64,000 bases of DNA from Bacillaceae bacterium (lineage in GTDB: Bacteria > Bacillota > Bacilli > Bacillales > Cytobacillaceae). Under the pieces are notes generated by a model that saw only the letters and a program-made list of their open reading frames with translations, was not told where the DNA came from and made no database searches. The stretch's first letter is position 1. Every line of letters starts with the position of its first letter. Below are positions 19,681 through 28,446 of this stretch, piece by piece. The stretch is taken from NCBI GenBank assembly GCA_041640555.1, contig JBEQAB010000016.1, forward strand, positions 1,224-65,223, in the 5' to 3' direction. The position numbers were made by a program, and so were the translations under genes.

Positions 19681-20475
19681 TGGATTTGGACACTCAAAGG
19701 CATTTTCTACTCATGTCTTGTCTGAATACTCTCTGGATTTCGGACTTCCAAAGGCAATTTCCTTCAAGTCTTGTCCGAATACCCCATGGATTCGGACACT
19801 CAAAGGCAATTTCTACTCATGTCTTGTCCGAATACCCTCTGGATTTGGACTTCCAAAGGCAATTTCCTTCAAGTCTTGTCCGAATACCCTCTGGATTCGG
19901 ACTTCCAAAGGGAATTTCCTTCAAGTCTTGTCCGAATACCCTCTGGATTCGGACTTCAAAGGTAATTTCTACTCATGTCTTGTCCGAATACCCTCTGGAT
20001 TCGGACTTCCAAAGGCAATTTCCTTCAAGTCTTGTCCGAATACCCCATGGATTCGGACACTCAAAGGCAATTTCCTTCATGTCTTGTCCGAATACCCTCT
20101 GGATTCGGACTTCCAAAGGGAATTTCCTTCAAGTCTTGTCCGAATACCCTCTGGATTCGGACTCCAAAGGCAATTTCTACTCATGTCTTGTCCGAATACC
20201 CTCTCGATTCGGACTTCCAAAGGCAATTTCCTTCAAGTCTTGTCCGAATACCCCATGGATTCGGACACTCAAAGGCAATTCCTACTCATGTCTTGTCCGA
20301 ATACCCTCTGGATTCGGACTTCCAAAGGCAATTTCCTTCATGTCTTGTCCAAATACCCCATGGATTCGGACACTCAAAGGCAATTCCTACTCATGTCTTG
20401 TCCGAATACCCCATGGATTCGGACACTCAAAGGCAATTTCTACTCTTGTCCAGTCTGAATACCCTTGGATTTCAC
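19681..20475 (+). repeat. array of ~15 tandem 52/53-bp repeats
   Basis: Unit starts at 19681, 19734, 19787, 19840, 19892 and onward. Consensus TGGATTCGGACTTCCAAAGGCAATTTCCTTCAAGTCTTGTCCGAATACCCTC with internal ATTCGGAC/GTCCGAAT inverted repeat. Two interleaved variants. Confidence 0.95.
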
Positions 20476-20498
20476 TAGTTAGCTTGCTTTATACTATT

Positions 20499-20807
20499 TT
20501 ATTCACTTTTTTGTTGTGCTAATTGAAGGGCTGTATCTGATGCGGTAAAATCAACCGTTAATTGTTCGCTCAAGTTATGAGGATGATAAAAACCTCTTGA
20601 AACCATATAGTTTGTAATATTTTCATGAGTTTGGATTGCAGACCGCAAATGTTCTCTTAAAACAGACCGTAATTCAGGAGTAGCAGCCTCCGTAATAGCC
20701 ACTGTATAATTTCTCACCCCCGCTTTGGCAGAAATCAAGAAATCTGTCGCTATCACCTGATCCGTTAATCCACCCATACCCACCATATTTTGAATCAAAT
20801 CGTTCAT
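20499..20807 (-). CDS. CotF-family spore coat protein (B. subtilis YraD-like)
   Basis: 102 aa. DFLISAKAGVRNYTVAITEAATPELR is a typical coat-F motif; ATGA overlap with upstream gene. Confidence 0.75.
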   Translation of the reverse strand: MNDLIQNMVGMGGLTDQVIATDFLISAKAGVRNYTVAITEAATPELRSVLREHLRSAIQTHENITNYMVSRGFYHPHNLSEQLTVDFTASDTALQLAQQKSE

Positions 20808-21010
20808 TTCTGTTCCTCCCTATTGTTTAAAAATTGCTGTAACTCTTTAACCTGTTGCTGACCTGCAATCATATCATTTGTCAGAATTGCTTTTAAATCC
20901 TCATCTTGAGCTAACGCACTCATGGTCGTTGATTTCGTTAAACTGATGCTTTTAAAAGTCAGGAGCTCATGAACATCCACCGTCTCATGTAACCCTAAGT
21001 ATTTAACCAT
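20804..21010 (-). CDS. small spore-coat-associated protein (YraE-like)
   Basis: 68 aa from ATG 21010 (AAGGAG RBS); LHETVDVHELLTFK motif shared with the paralog at 21151. Confidence 0.65.
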   Translation of the reverse strand: MVKYLGLHETVDVHELLTFKSISLTKSTTMSALAQDEDLKAILTNDMIAGQQQVKELQQFLNNREEQK

Positions 21011-21150
21011 CCTTTTCACTCCTTTTCATTCATATTGGCACTTTTATATTTTCAAACAGATACCTACTATTCATTCGTAATATTTATCAGAAGGAGCATA
21101 AAAGAAATTAAAATATGGAGAAAATAAGGATTAGAAACGGAGGTGTTTGT

Positions 21151-21360
21151 ATGAACAACGAGAGTTTAGCCATACATGAAACATTAGAAACTCACGAAAT
21201 TATTAACTTTAAAACGGTTAGCTTATTAAGATCAAAATTAATGATGGGTATTTGTTTTAATAATGAGTTAAAGCAATTAATGGCCAAGAATGTGGAGCAA
21301 TCCATTCAGGATATCAATGAATTAATTCCTTTCTATAAACAAAGTGACATACTTCATTAA
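21151..21360 (+). CDS. small spore-coat-associated protein (YraG-like)
   Basis: 69 aa from ATG 21151 (GGAGGTG RBS); IHETLETHEIINFK motif. Confidence 0.65.
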   Translation: MNNESLAIHETLETHEIINFKTVSLLRSKLMMGICFNNELKQLMAKNVEQSIQDINELIPFYKQSDILH

Positions 21361-21375
21361 ACTGGAGGTGAAAAG

Positions 21376-21735
21376 ATGCAAGATTATTTAGACCCAAGAA
21401 ACGCTGAGGGTATGCCGAATTTAGCCGACTCAACCTTCGCGATGGATTTTTTATTATCCGTTAAAAATGGTATTCGAAATTATGGATTCGCGATTACAGA
21501 AACCGCAAGTCCTGAACTAAGAAGAGTATTAACAAAACAACTTGAGGCAGCCATTGATTTGCACGGAGAGATTTCTGAATTAATGATCAAAAATAAGTGG
21601 CTCCATCCTCATGACTTCAAAGAGCAATACAAGGTCGATATGAAAGGCGCAGAAACCGCTGTTCAAATTGGACAAATGGAGCTTTTCCCATTAGATACAG
21701 ACAGAGGCGGCATGTTTGCCACACCTAATCAATAG
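21376..21735 (+). CDS. CotF-family spore coat protein (YraF-like)
   Basis: 119 aa; DFLLSVKNGIRNYGFAITETASPELR motif; GGAGGTG RBS. Confidence 0.75.
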   Translation: MQDYLDPRNAEGMPNLADSTFAMDFLLSVKNGIRNYGFAITETASPELRRVLTKQLEAAIDLHGEISELMIKNKWLHPHDFKEQYKVDMKGAETAVQIGQMELFPLDTDRGGMFATPNQ

Positions 21736-21752
21736 AAAGAGGGACTGTTTAA

Positions 21753-22889
21753 ATGAAGGCTGTAACATATCAAGGAATAAAGAATGTGGAAGTTAGAGAA
21801 GTAAAAGATCCTACCATTAAAAATTCTGATGATATCATTGTAAAAATTACTTCCTCAGCTATTTGTGGGTCAGATCTGCATCTAATTCACGGAATGATTC
21901 CTAACATGCCTACCGATTATGTCATTGGACATGAACCGATGGGGATAGTAGAAGAAACTGGACCCGGTGTAAGGAACTTAAAGAAAGGCGATCGGGTAAT
22001 TATTCCCTTTAATGTGAGCTGTGGTACTTGTTGGTATTGTAATCATGATCTCACAAGCCAATGTGATAATTCTAATCCTCATGGAGACATGGGTGGATTT
22101 TTTGGGTACTCCGAAACCACGGGTGGCTATGCTGGTGGACAAGCCGAATATATGAGGGTACCTTATGGAAATTTCACTCCTTTTAAAATCCCTGAGGATT
22201 GTGAAGTTGAAGATGAAAAACTAGTTCTCCTAGCTGATGCAGCTTCAACTGCTTATTGGTCTGTTGATCACGCGGGTGTAAAAGAAGGAGATACCGTCAT
22301 TATCCTTGGCTGTGGACCTGTTGGCTTACTGGCTCAGAAATTCGCATGGTATAAAGGGGCTAAAAGAGTCATTGCAGTTGATTATATAGACTACCGTCTA
22401 CAGCATGCCAAACGTACAAACAAAGTAGAAATCGTCAATTTTGAGCAGCATGAAAACACGGGTGAATACTTAAAAGAAATTACAAAAGGTGGAGCCGATG
22501 TGGTCATCGATGCTGTAGGGATGGATGGAAAGTGGACACCAATGGAGTTTCTTGCAAGTGGACTTAAGCTTCAGGGCGGAGCGATGGGCGCACTTGTAAT
22601 GGCCACTCAAGCAGTCCGGAAAGCCGGAACGATACAAATAACAGGTGTATATGGCGGCCGCTATAATGGATTCCCACTTGGAGATATCATGAACCGAAAT
22701 ATTGATATCAAAACTGGCCAGGCACCAGTTATTCCATATATGCCATTCTTATACGACCTATTTTCAAAAGGAACAGTTGATCCTAGTGATATCGTTACAC
22801 ATGTCATTCCACTAGACCAAGCAAAGCATGGGTATGAAGTTTTTGATACAAAAACGGAAGATTGTATAAAAGTAATATTAAAGCCGTAA
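21753..22889 (+). CDS. zinc-dependent alcohol/formaldehyde dehydrogenase (AdhB-like)
   Basis: 378 aa MDR-family. GHEPMG catalytic zinc motif, Cys cluster CGTCWYC..C for the structural zinc, GCGPVG NAD motif. Same position as adhB in the B. subtilis yraG-yraF-adhB operon. Confidence 0.8.
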   Translation: MKAVTYQGIKNVEVREVKDPTIKNSDDIIVKITSSAICGSDLHLIHGMIPNMPTDYVIGHEPMGIVEETGPGVRNLKKGDRVIIPFNVSCGTCWYCNHDLTSQCDNSNPHGDMGGFFGYSETTGGYAGGQAEYMRVPYGNFTPFKIPEDCEVEDEKLVLLADAASTAYWSVDHAGVKEGDTVIILGCGPVGLLAQKFAWYKGAKRVIAVDYIDYRLQHAKRTNKVEIVNFEQHENTGEYLKEITKGGADVVIDAVGMDGKWTPMEFLASGLKLQGGAMGALVMATQAVRKAGTIQITGVYGGRYNGFPLGDIMNRNIDIKTGQAPVIPYMPFLYDLFSKGTVDPSDIVTHVIPLDQAKHGYEVFDTKTEDCIKVILKP

Positions 22890-22898
22890 AAGCAATTG

Positions 22899-22925
22899 CC
22901 CAGTTCAGTTTATACTGGGTTTTTC
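22899..22925 (+). terminator. rho-independent terminator
   Basis: CCCAGT-tcagtttat-ACTGGG then T5. Confidence 0.65.
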
Positions 22926-22933
22926 TCTTTCAG

Positions 22934-22967
22934 AAAAATGGACGTTAACCCCTCTGGATTAACGTCC
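22934..22967 (-). terminator. terminator of the sugar ABC operon
   Basis: GGACGTTAA-tccagagggg-TTAACGTCC then T-run on minus strand. Confidence 0.75.
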
Positions 22968-22974
22968 TAGTTTA

Positions 22975-23799
22975 TTATTTTCCACCTGTAAATGAGATCC
23001 CTTTAATAAAGTAACGGTTAAAGAAAGCATATAACAATAATACAGGTAGGGTAAATACCATGGATGCTGCCATGATATAGTTCCAATAGCTAACAAATTG
23101 TCCTTTAAAGGTATTCAAGCCTAGTGGTAGGGTAAACATTTCAATATCAGTAATAACGATCAGAGGTCTCATAAAATCGTTCCAAAACCCCATAAAAATA
23201 AAGATGGATTGAGCAGCTAGTGCTGGCTTTGCCAGTGGCAATACCACTCTAAAAAATGTCCCGAACTTACTTAAGCCATCTATTTCGGCTGCTTCTTCCA
23301 ACTCCTTTGGAAAGTTAATAAAGAACTGTCTCATCATAAAAATATAGGTTGCATTGATCATGCCAGGTACAATCATTCCTTGGTAAGAATTTAACCAGCC
23401 TAATTCTTTTAAGATTAAATAGTTTGGAATCATCGTTACTTGAGCAGGTATCATTAGTACCCCTAGAATAATGATGAACAATGCTTTTTTACCTGGAAAT
23501 GCTAGACGAGCTAGTGCGTATCCAGCCATGGAGTTGAATATGAGGTTTAAAAAAGTCCCTACTCCAGCAATAAATAAGCTATTAAACATCCATCTTGGAA
23601 AATGCTCTTGTTCAATAAAAATTTGTTTATAGTTTTCTAAAGTAAAATTTTTCGGGATAAAAGACATCGATCCAGAAACGATCTCTTGTAGCGTTTTAAA
23701 CGATGAAGATAATGCCCACAAAAAAGGAACTAGAGTTGTTATTGCATAAAGACCTAAAATCATATATAAAATGGTCTTTCCAACCTTATTTTTCTTCAT
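22975..23799 (-). CDS. carbohydrate ABC transporter permease
   Basis: 274 aa, MalG/BPD-type permease with EAA-loop (EEAAEIDGLSKFGTFFRVVLP). Confidence 0.85.
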   Translation of the reverse strand: MKKNKVGKTILYMILGLYAITTLVPFLWALSSSFKTLQEIVSGSMSFIPKNFTLENYKQIFIEQEHFPRWMFNSLFIAGVGTFLNLIFNSMAGYALARLAFPGKKALFIIILGVLMIPAQVTMIPNYLILKELGWLNSYQGMIVPGMINATYIFMMRQFFINFPKELEEAAEIDGLSKFGTFFRVVLPLAKPALAAQSIFIFMGFWNDFMRPLIVITDIEMFTLPLGLNTFKGQFVSYWNYIMAASMVFTLPVLLLYAFFNRYFIKGISFTGGK

Positions 23800-23816
23800 A
23801 ACCCTGCCTCCCTTTC

Positions 23817-24716
23817 TTAGTATAGTGATTCTTCTTTTGAAAATTTACGTTGTAGCAAAGTTGCTACTAAAATAACAAATGCCAACAGGAATGCTAATGC
23901 TGCTGCGTACCCCATCGTTCCAAGCGTCTTGAAGGCGTATTGGTATACAAGAAGTACCACGGTTAAAGTTGAATTGTCCGGTCCACCAGAGCCGGCGGAA
24001 AAGATATACGATTGATCGAATAATTGAAACGTTCCGATGATACCCATAATGACTACGAAAGAAGTTACAGGTCTCAAATTTGGAACGGTAATATTCCAAA
24101 ACCTTTGGAACACATTGGCTCCATCTAGTTTGGCTGCTTCATATAACGATTCAGGAATATCCTGAAGGGCTGCTAAGTATATCACCATAAAAAATGGAGC
24201 AGTAGACCATATATTCATGAACATAATTGCATTCAATGCAATAGACGGATCTCCTAAAAAATTATAGGTAGGAAGACCAATGAAATCCAAGATATTATTG
24301 ATTAAACCATCTTTGTTATACATCCACATAAAGATTAAAGTAAGTACAGCAGATGATGTTAGGGTAGGTAAAAAGTAGACAATTCGAAAGAAAGTTTGAC
24401 CTTTTAATCCTGCATTTAATGTTGCTGCTAATACTAGCGCTAATATTGTCTGGCAGGGAACAACAATGACAACGTACTTAAATGTGTTCCAAAGTGCAAT
24501 TTTTGCTCTTGTATCCTCCAGGATTCTAGTAAAATTATCAAATGCAACAAAATCAAACGTGGCATTTCCTAATAATTGAACCTTATGAAATGATAGAAAA
24601 ATAGTATAAAAGATTGGTCCGATAATAAAAAGTCCTAACACAATTAAAGCAGGAAACATAAAGGTATAACCCTGTCCTGTTTCGCGGAGAGCTTTTCTGG
24701 AAAACATCTTGTTCAT
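23817..24716 (-). CDS. carbohydrate ABC transporter permease
   Basis: MalF-type permease (EAAKLDGANVFQRFWNITVP); start moved to ATG 24716 (AAGGAGTGGAG RBS). Confidence 0.85.
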   Translation of the reverse strand: MNKMFSRKALRETGQGYTFMFPALIVLGLFIIGPIFYTIFLSFHKVQLLGNATFDFVAFDNFTRILEDTRAKIALWNTFKYVVIVVPCQTILALVLAATLNAGLKGQTFFRIVYFLPTLTSSAVLTLIFMWMYNKDGLINNILDFIGLPTYNFLGDPSIALNAIMFMNIWSTAPFFMVIYLAALQDIPESLYEAAKLDGANVFQRFWNITVPNLRPVTSFVVIMGIIGTFQLFDQSYIFSAGSGGPDNSTLTVVLLVYQYAFKTLGTMGYAAALAFLLAFVILVATLLQRKFSKEESLY

Positions 24717-24868
24717 TCCCACTCCACTCCTTTTCTTCTTCTTAAAATGAATGTTCTGGCTGTCAGAACTCGTTCCACCTATGTTTTTGCACATAAACAG
24801 AACGAATTCTACAGACTTATAAATGTAGAGGAAGGAAGACTCTCCTTCCTCTATGAAACTTGTTTTAC

Positions 24869-26134
24869 TTACTTAGCATCAATTTCACTATTTGCTTGTT
24901 TTTCTGCTTCTTTCAATGCATCAGCAAGATCAGCCTGACCTAGGAACGCACTTAAGAACTGATTATTGAAGTTGTTCATAATAATTGGCAAGTTCGTACC
25001 TTTTGACCAAACAGTAGCATAAGAAGCACCAGCAACTAGAGCTGTACGAAGTTCATCCTTATCATAGCCTAGCTCAGCTGCCACAGACTTACGTGTTGGA
25101 AGAGCATATCCTTTACTCGTCCATGTCTTCATCCCTTCCTTACCAGTTAGGTAAGAAATAAGCTTCCAAGCAGCCTCTTTTTTCTCAGATTGAGCATTCA
25201 TAACGTAAGCAACTGAGTACGCCATCGTCGATTTCTTACCATCCACCGCTGGAAGCTCAGCTGTTCCATACTCTACATCAGGGAAAGTATCTGCAAGGAA
25301 AGGAATGGCCCAGTTCCCCTCAATAACCATAGCTGCTTTTTCCTGTCCGAAGATTTCTCCTCCCCAGTTTACTCCCACTTCTTTTGGCTCCACAGCTGTT
25401 TTATCCACGTTATGCATTTCAATAATTGGCTGAAGGGCTTCAACAACATCAGAGGAAGCAAAGTTTGCTTTGTTATCCTTTACCACTTCTCCCCCTTGGG
25501 ACTCTGCTAACCAATACATACGAGCTAATTCAGGTGCAACGCCGAATCCATATACACCGTCTTTAGTTAACTTCTTAGCAGCTTCACGGAATTCTTCCAT
25601 CGTTTTAGGAACTTCCACACCTGCATCTGCTAGCATCTTTTTGTTATAAAATAAGGCCAGAGTAGAGTAATCTTTTGGGAAACCATACGTCTTCCCGTCA
25701 ACAACGAATGCTTCTGCTAATGGTTTCTCAAAATCTTCTACATCAAAATCTTCTGTGATAAACTCATCAAGTGGTTGAATGACACCTGTTTCAATAAGGG
25801 CCGGCGCTTCAAAGGCATCTAAATAGAACACATCCGCTGCCTCTCCACCCACCAAACGTGTTTTCATCACATCCATGTACTGTTCTGAAATCACTTCGTA
25901 CTTCACATCAATATCTGGATGTTTCTTTTCAAAATCATCAAGAGTCTGCTTTAATAATTTTTCCTCCGTTGGATTTCCACCCCAACCAGCAAGGCTAACC
26001 TCTATTTTTTCTCCATCTTCTGTAGATCCTTTTCCTTCGTTACTAGAAGCATCATCACTACTACATCCAGATAACACTCCTGCCAGTAATAAAGAAGTAA
26101 CACCAAGTGCTGAGAGCCATTTTTTTGATTTCAT
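24869..26134 (-). CDS. sugar ABC transporter substrate-binding lipoprotein
   Basis: Family-1 SBP with lipobox LAGVLSGC; start ATG 26134 (AAAGGAG RBS). Confidence 0.85.
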   Translation of the reverse strand: MKSKKWLSALGVTSLLLAGVLSGCSSDDASSNEGKGSTEDGEKIEVSLAGWGGNPTEEKLLKQTLDDFEKKHPDIDVKYEVISEQYMDVMKTRLVGGEAADVFYLDAFEAPALIETGVIQPLDEFITEDFDVEDFEKPLAEAFVVDGKTYGFPKDYSTLALFYNKKMLADAGVEVPKTMEEFREAAKKLTKDGVYGFGVAPELARMYWLAESQGGEVVKDNKANFASSDVVEALQPIIEMHNVDKTAVEPKEVGVNWGGEIFGQEKAAMVIEGNWAIPFLADTFPDVEYGTAELPAVDGKKSTMAYSVAYVMNAQSEKKEAAWKLISYLTGKEGMKTWTSKGYALPTRKSVAAELGYDKDELRTALVAGASYATVWSKGTNLPIIMNNFNNQFLSAFLGQADLADALKEAEKQANSEIDAK

Positions 26135-26211
26135 TTTAAAATCTCCTTTCAATCTGGGTTATATTAATAAAAAGGGATCCCTTGATGGGACAAATAAATA
26201 AAAATCAATGA

Positions 26212-28311
26212 CTATTTACAGACAGCTAGATAGCCTGATGAATTTTCTAAAATAGTAATCTCGTATTCTTCGTCTTGTTTCCTGGTAACCTGTAGAGATA
26301 GAATTCCTCCACCTACACGTATATTTTTCGCCGTTAAAATATTCATCCCGTTTAATAGTTTAGGAGAAATAGTTATCTCCTTTTTAATGCCATCAGGAAA
26401 CAAACCTAATAGCGTTTGTACAAATACAAGTGGTGTACCTGCTGCCCATGCTTGTGGTGAGCAAGCCACTGGGTATTTCACTGGTTTTCCTAATGAGTCA
26501 GAATAACCACAGAACAGCTCTGGCAGGCGTTCATATTCAAAGTAGTTGGATGCTGAAATTAAACCATCGATTACCTTATTAGCTTGTTCTTGATAACCTG
26601 TTTTACTCATACCAAGGAGAATCATGCTATTATCATGTGGCCACACACTTCCATCATGATAGCTAATTGGGTTATACCCTGCTTCCCCCTCACCCATTGT
26701 ACGGATTCCATATCCTGAAAACATCTTCTCGGAAACGAGTGTATCTACAACTGCTTTTGATCGATCTTCATCCATCATCCCCGCTTGTAACACATGTCCA
26801 GGGTTGGAAGTAATCGTACCCACCTGCTTTTTATTCTCATCTAGAGCAATAGCGTAGAAACCTACATCTTCCATCCAAAACTCTTGATCAAACTTTATTT
26901 TTAGCTGGTGCGCCTGTTCTCGAAGAGTGGCAGCAACATCAACTTTACCGGTAGATTCATAAAGATTTGCGATTCCCATCTTTGCTTGGTAAACATAGCC
27001 CTGTACTTCAGCAAGAGCAATGGGCGTCTTTGCATACTCTCCATCCCGGTGGACGATGGAGTCCCCAGAATCTTTCCAACCTTGATTCGCAATTCCCTTA
27101 CTTGATTCTTGATGATATTCCACGAATAGATCACCATCTCGGTCTCCATACTGATCAATCCAATTTAAAGCGTTTTCAATCACTTCCTGCATTTCCTCTA
27201 CAAACTTAAAATCACCTGTCCAGTTCACATATTCCGTTAATAGAATAAGGAATAATGGTGTCGCATCAATGGTCCCGTAATATGGAGTAAATGGAATTTG
27301 GTTGGTGTTGGCTAATTCCCCAAATCGGATTTCATGCATGATTTTTCCTGGCTGCTCATCTCTCCAAGGGTCTACTTTGGTACCTTGATATTGTGCCAGA
27401 GTCCGAAGTGTTCCTTTCGCTATCTCAGGGTTAAAAGAAAGCATTTGTAGGGCAGCAATTAAACTATCACGCCCAAACGGAACACCGAACCAAGGAAGAC
27501 CTGCAACCGGAAATAAGCCGTACCCTAAATCTGTAAGCAAAACCCGAAGATCACCGATACCACGATCAATTAACTTTTGAAGGGGAACGTAATCTGTCTC
27601 TACTTTAGTCGTAGCCTCTTCCCACTTACTATAGGAATCTTTTAACTGTAGCAAGGCGTCTTCTTTTGTAAGAAGTGGTTCATTAGACGGTGACCCCACT
27701 TCTGGAAGAATGATTAACTGTAACGTTTCCTCTTGTTCATGCTCAAGGTTAAAGTGAAAGGTTACACGTCCCGCTTGATCAACTTCCTTTGCTGTTTTGT
27801 CCCAGGTAACCTTTGTGTGCCGTTCAATATCATCTGCACCAATATAAGAAAAAGTCATTGAATGATCTTCCACTTTCTGACCAATCCTCTTTCCCACCTT
27901 ACCTGATTGAAAGCCTCTCACAATAAACATGTCTTTGAAATCGACATCAAGTTCGACTGATAAATCGAAATCAATAGATTTAGGAAAATAATTTTTCAAA
28001 CGAATCGTCTCATAAAGAACACCTTTAGAAATGAAGCGAGTTCTTTCAATTTCTACAGATTCTCGCCACAGGATGAGTTCCCCATCTTTTTCTATATGTG
28101 GGTTGGTTAACAAGATTTTGGCCAAATAATTATCTGCAGCCCCTGATGCTAGAAGGATGGGTTCTTCTCCATTAATAAGTAACTTTAGCTTACTAAGAAA
28201 TCGAGTGTCCTTCGTATACAGTCCTAACCCATACATGTGATCGACTGGAATATCCCCTTTTTCATCTGTCAGTAAAAATAAATCGTCCTCTTTAATCACT
28301 CGGTAATCCAT
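26212..28311 (-). CDS. amylo-alpha-1,6-glucosidase / glycogen-debranching-enzyme-like (GDE_C family) glycoside hydrolase
   Basis: 699 aa from ATG 28311 (AAGGAGG RBS). N-terminal GDE_N-like region and a C-terminal (alpha/alpha)6-type domain (GVPFGRDS, GKIMHE, GWKDSGDS, HDGSVWPHDN). No signal peptide. Confidence 0.7.
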   Translation of the reverse strand: MDYRVIKEDDLFLLTDEKGDIPVDHMYGLGLYTKDTRFLSKLKLLINGEEPILLASGAADNYLAKILLTNPHIEKDGELILWRESVEIERTRFISKGVLYETIRLKNYFPKSIDFDLSVELDVDFKDMFIVRGFQSGKVGKRIGQKVEDHSMTFSYIGADDIERHTKVTWDKTAKEVDQAGRVTFHFNLEHEQEETLQLIILPEVGSPSNEPLLTKEDALLQLKDSYSKWEEATTKVETDYVPLQKLIDRGIGDLRVLLTDLGYGLFPVAGLPWFGVPFGRDSLIAALQMLSFNPEIAKGTLRTLAQYQGTKVDPWRDEQPGKIMHEIRFGELANTNQIPFTPYYGTIDATPLFLILLTEYVNWTGDFKFVEEMQEVIENALNWIDQYGDRDGDLFVEYHQESSKGIANQGWKDSGDSIVHRDGEYAKTPIALAEVQGYVYQAKMGIANLYESTGKVDVAATLREQAHQLKIKFDQEFWMEDVGFYAIALDENKKQVGTITSNPGHVLQAGMMDEDRSKAVVDTLVSEKMFSGYGIRTMGEGEAGYNPISYHDGSVWPHDNSMILLGMSKTGYQEQANKVIDGLISASNYFEYERLPELFCGYSDSLGKPVKYPVACSPQAWAAGTPLVFVQTLLGLFPDGIKKEITISPKLLNGMNILTAKNIRVGGGILSLQVTRKQDEEYEITILENSSGYLAVCK

Positions 28312-28340
28312 GGTGACCTCCTTATGATGTTCATCATTTT

Positions 28341-28355
28341 CCAAAACGTTTCGGA
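28341..28355. promoter_or_regulatory. LacI-type operator (half-degenerate copy)
   Basis: CCAAAACGTTTCGGA, 30 bp upstream of ATG 28311. Confidence 0.6.
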
Positions 28356-28375
28356 TTTTGCACAAAAATATTTTA

Positions 28376-28391
28376 TCCGAAACGTTTCGGA
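28376..28391. promoter_or_regulatory. LacI-type operator, perfect 16-bp palindrome
   Basis: TCCGAAACGTTTCGGA; immediately followed on the minus strand by a TAAAAT -10-like hexamer. Confidence 0.7.
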
Positions 28392-28410
28392 TTTAAATTA
28401 ATAAAATTAC

Positions 28411-28424
28411 TTAAACGTTTCGGA
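28411..28424. promoter_or_regulatory. LacI-type operator (third copy)
   Basis: TTAAACGTTTCGGA. Confidence 0.55.
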
Positions 28425-28446
28425 TAATCAGTACAAAAAACTCCTC

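Noticed and set aside
19681-20475. CRISPR array interpretation of the 52/53-bp repeats
   Set aside because: Units are directly abutting with no unique spacers. No cas genes or leader are present in the window.
19680-20522. Four long + strand ORFs (280, 246, 167 and 64 aa) covering the tandem-repeat array in all three frames
   Set aside because: They exist only because the 52/53-bp unit has no stop triplet on the + strand. The period is not a multiple of 3 and 1-nt indels shift the frame between units. There is no RBS, and the translated sequences are frame-rotated copies of each other.
21020-21150. Sigma-K or sigma-E sporulation promoters in the divergent coat-gene intergenic region
   Set aside because: I looked for AC-N16-17-CATANNNTA-type elements and found only loose matches (for example CATTCGTAA). 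These are not supportable without a PWM scan.
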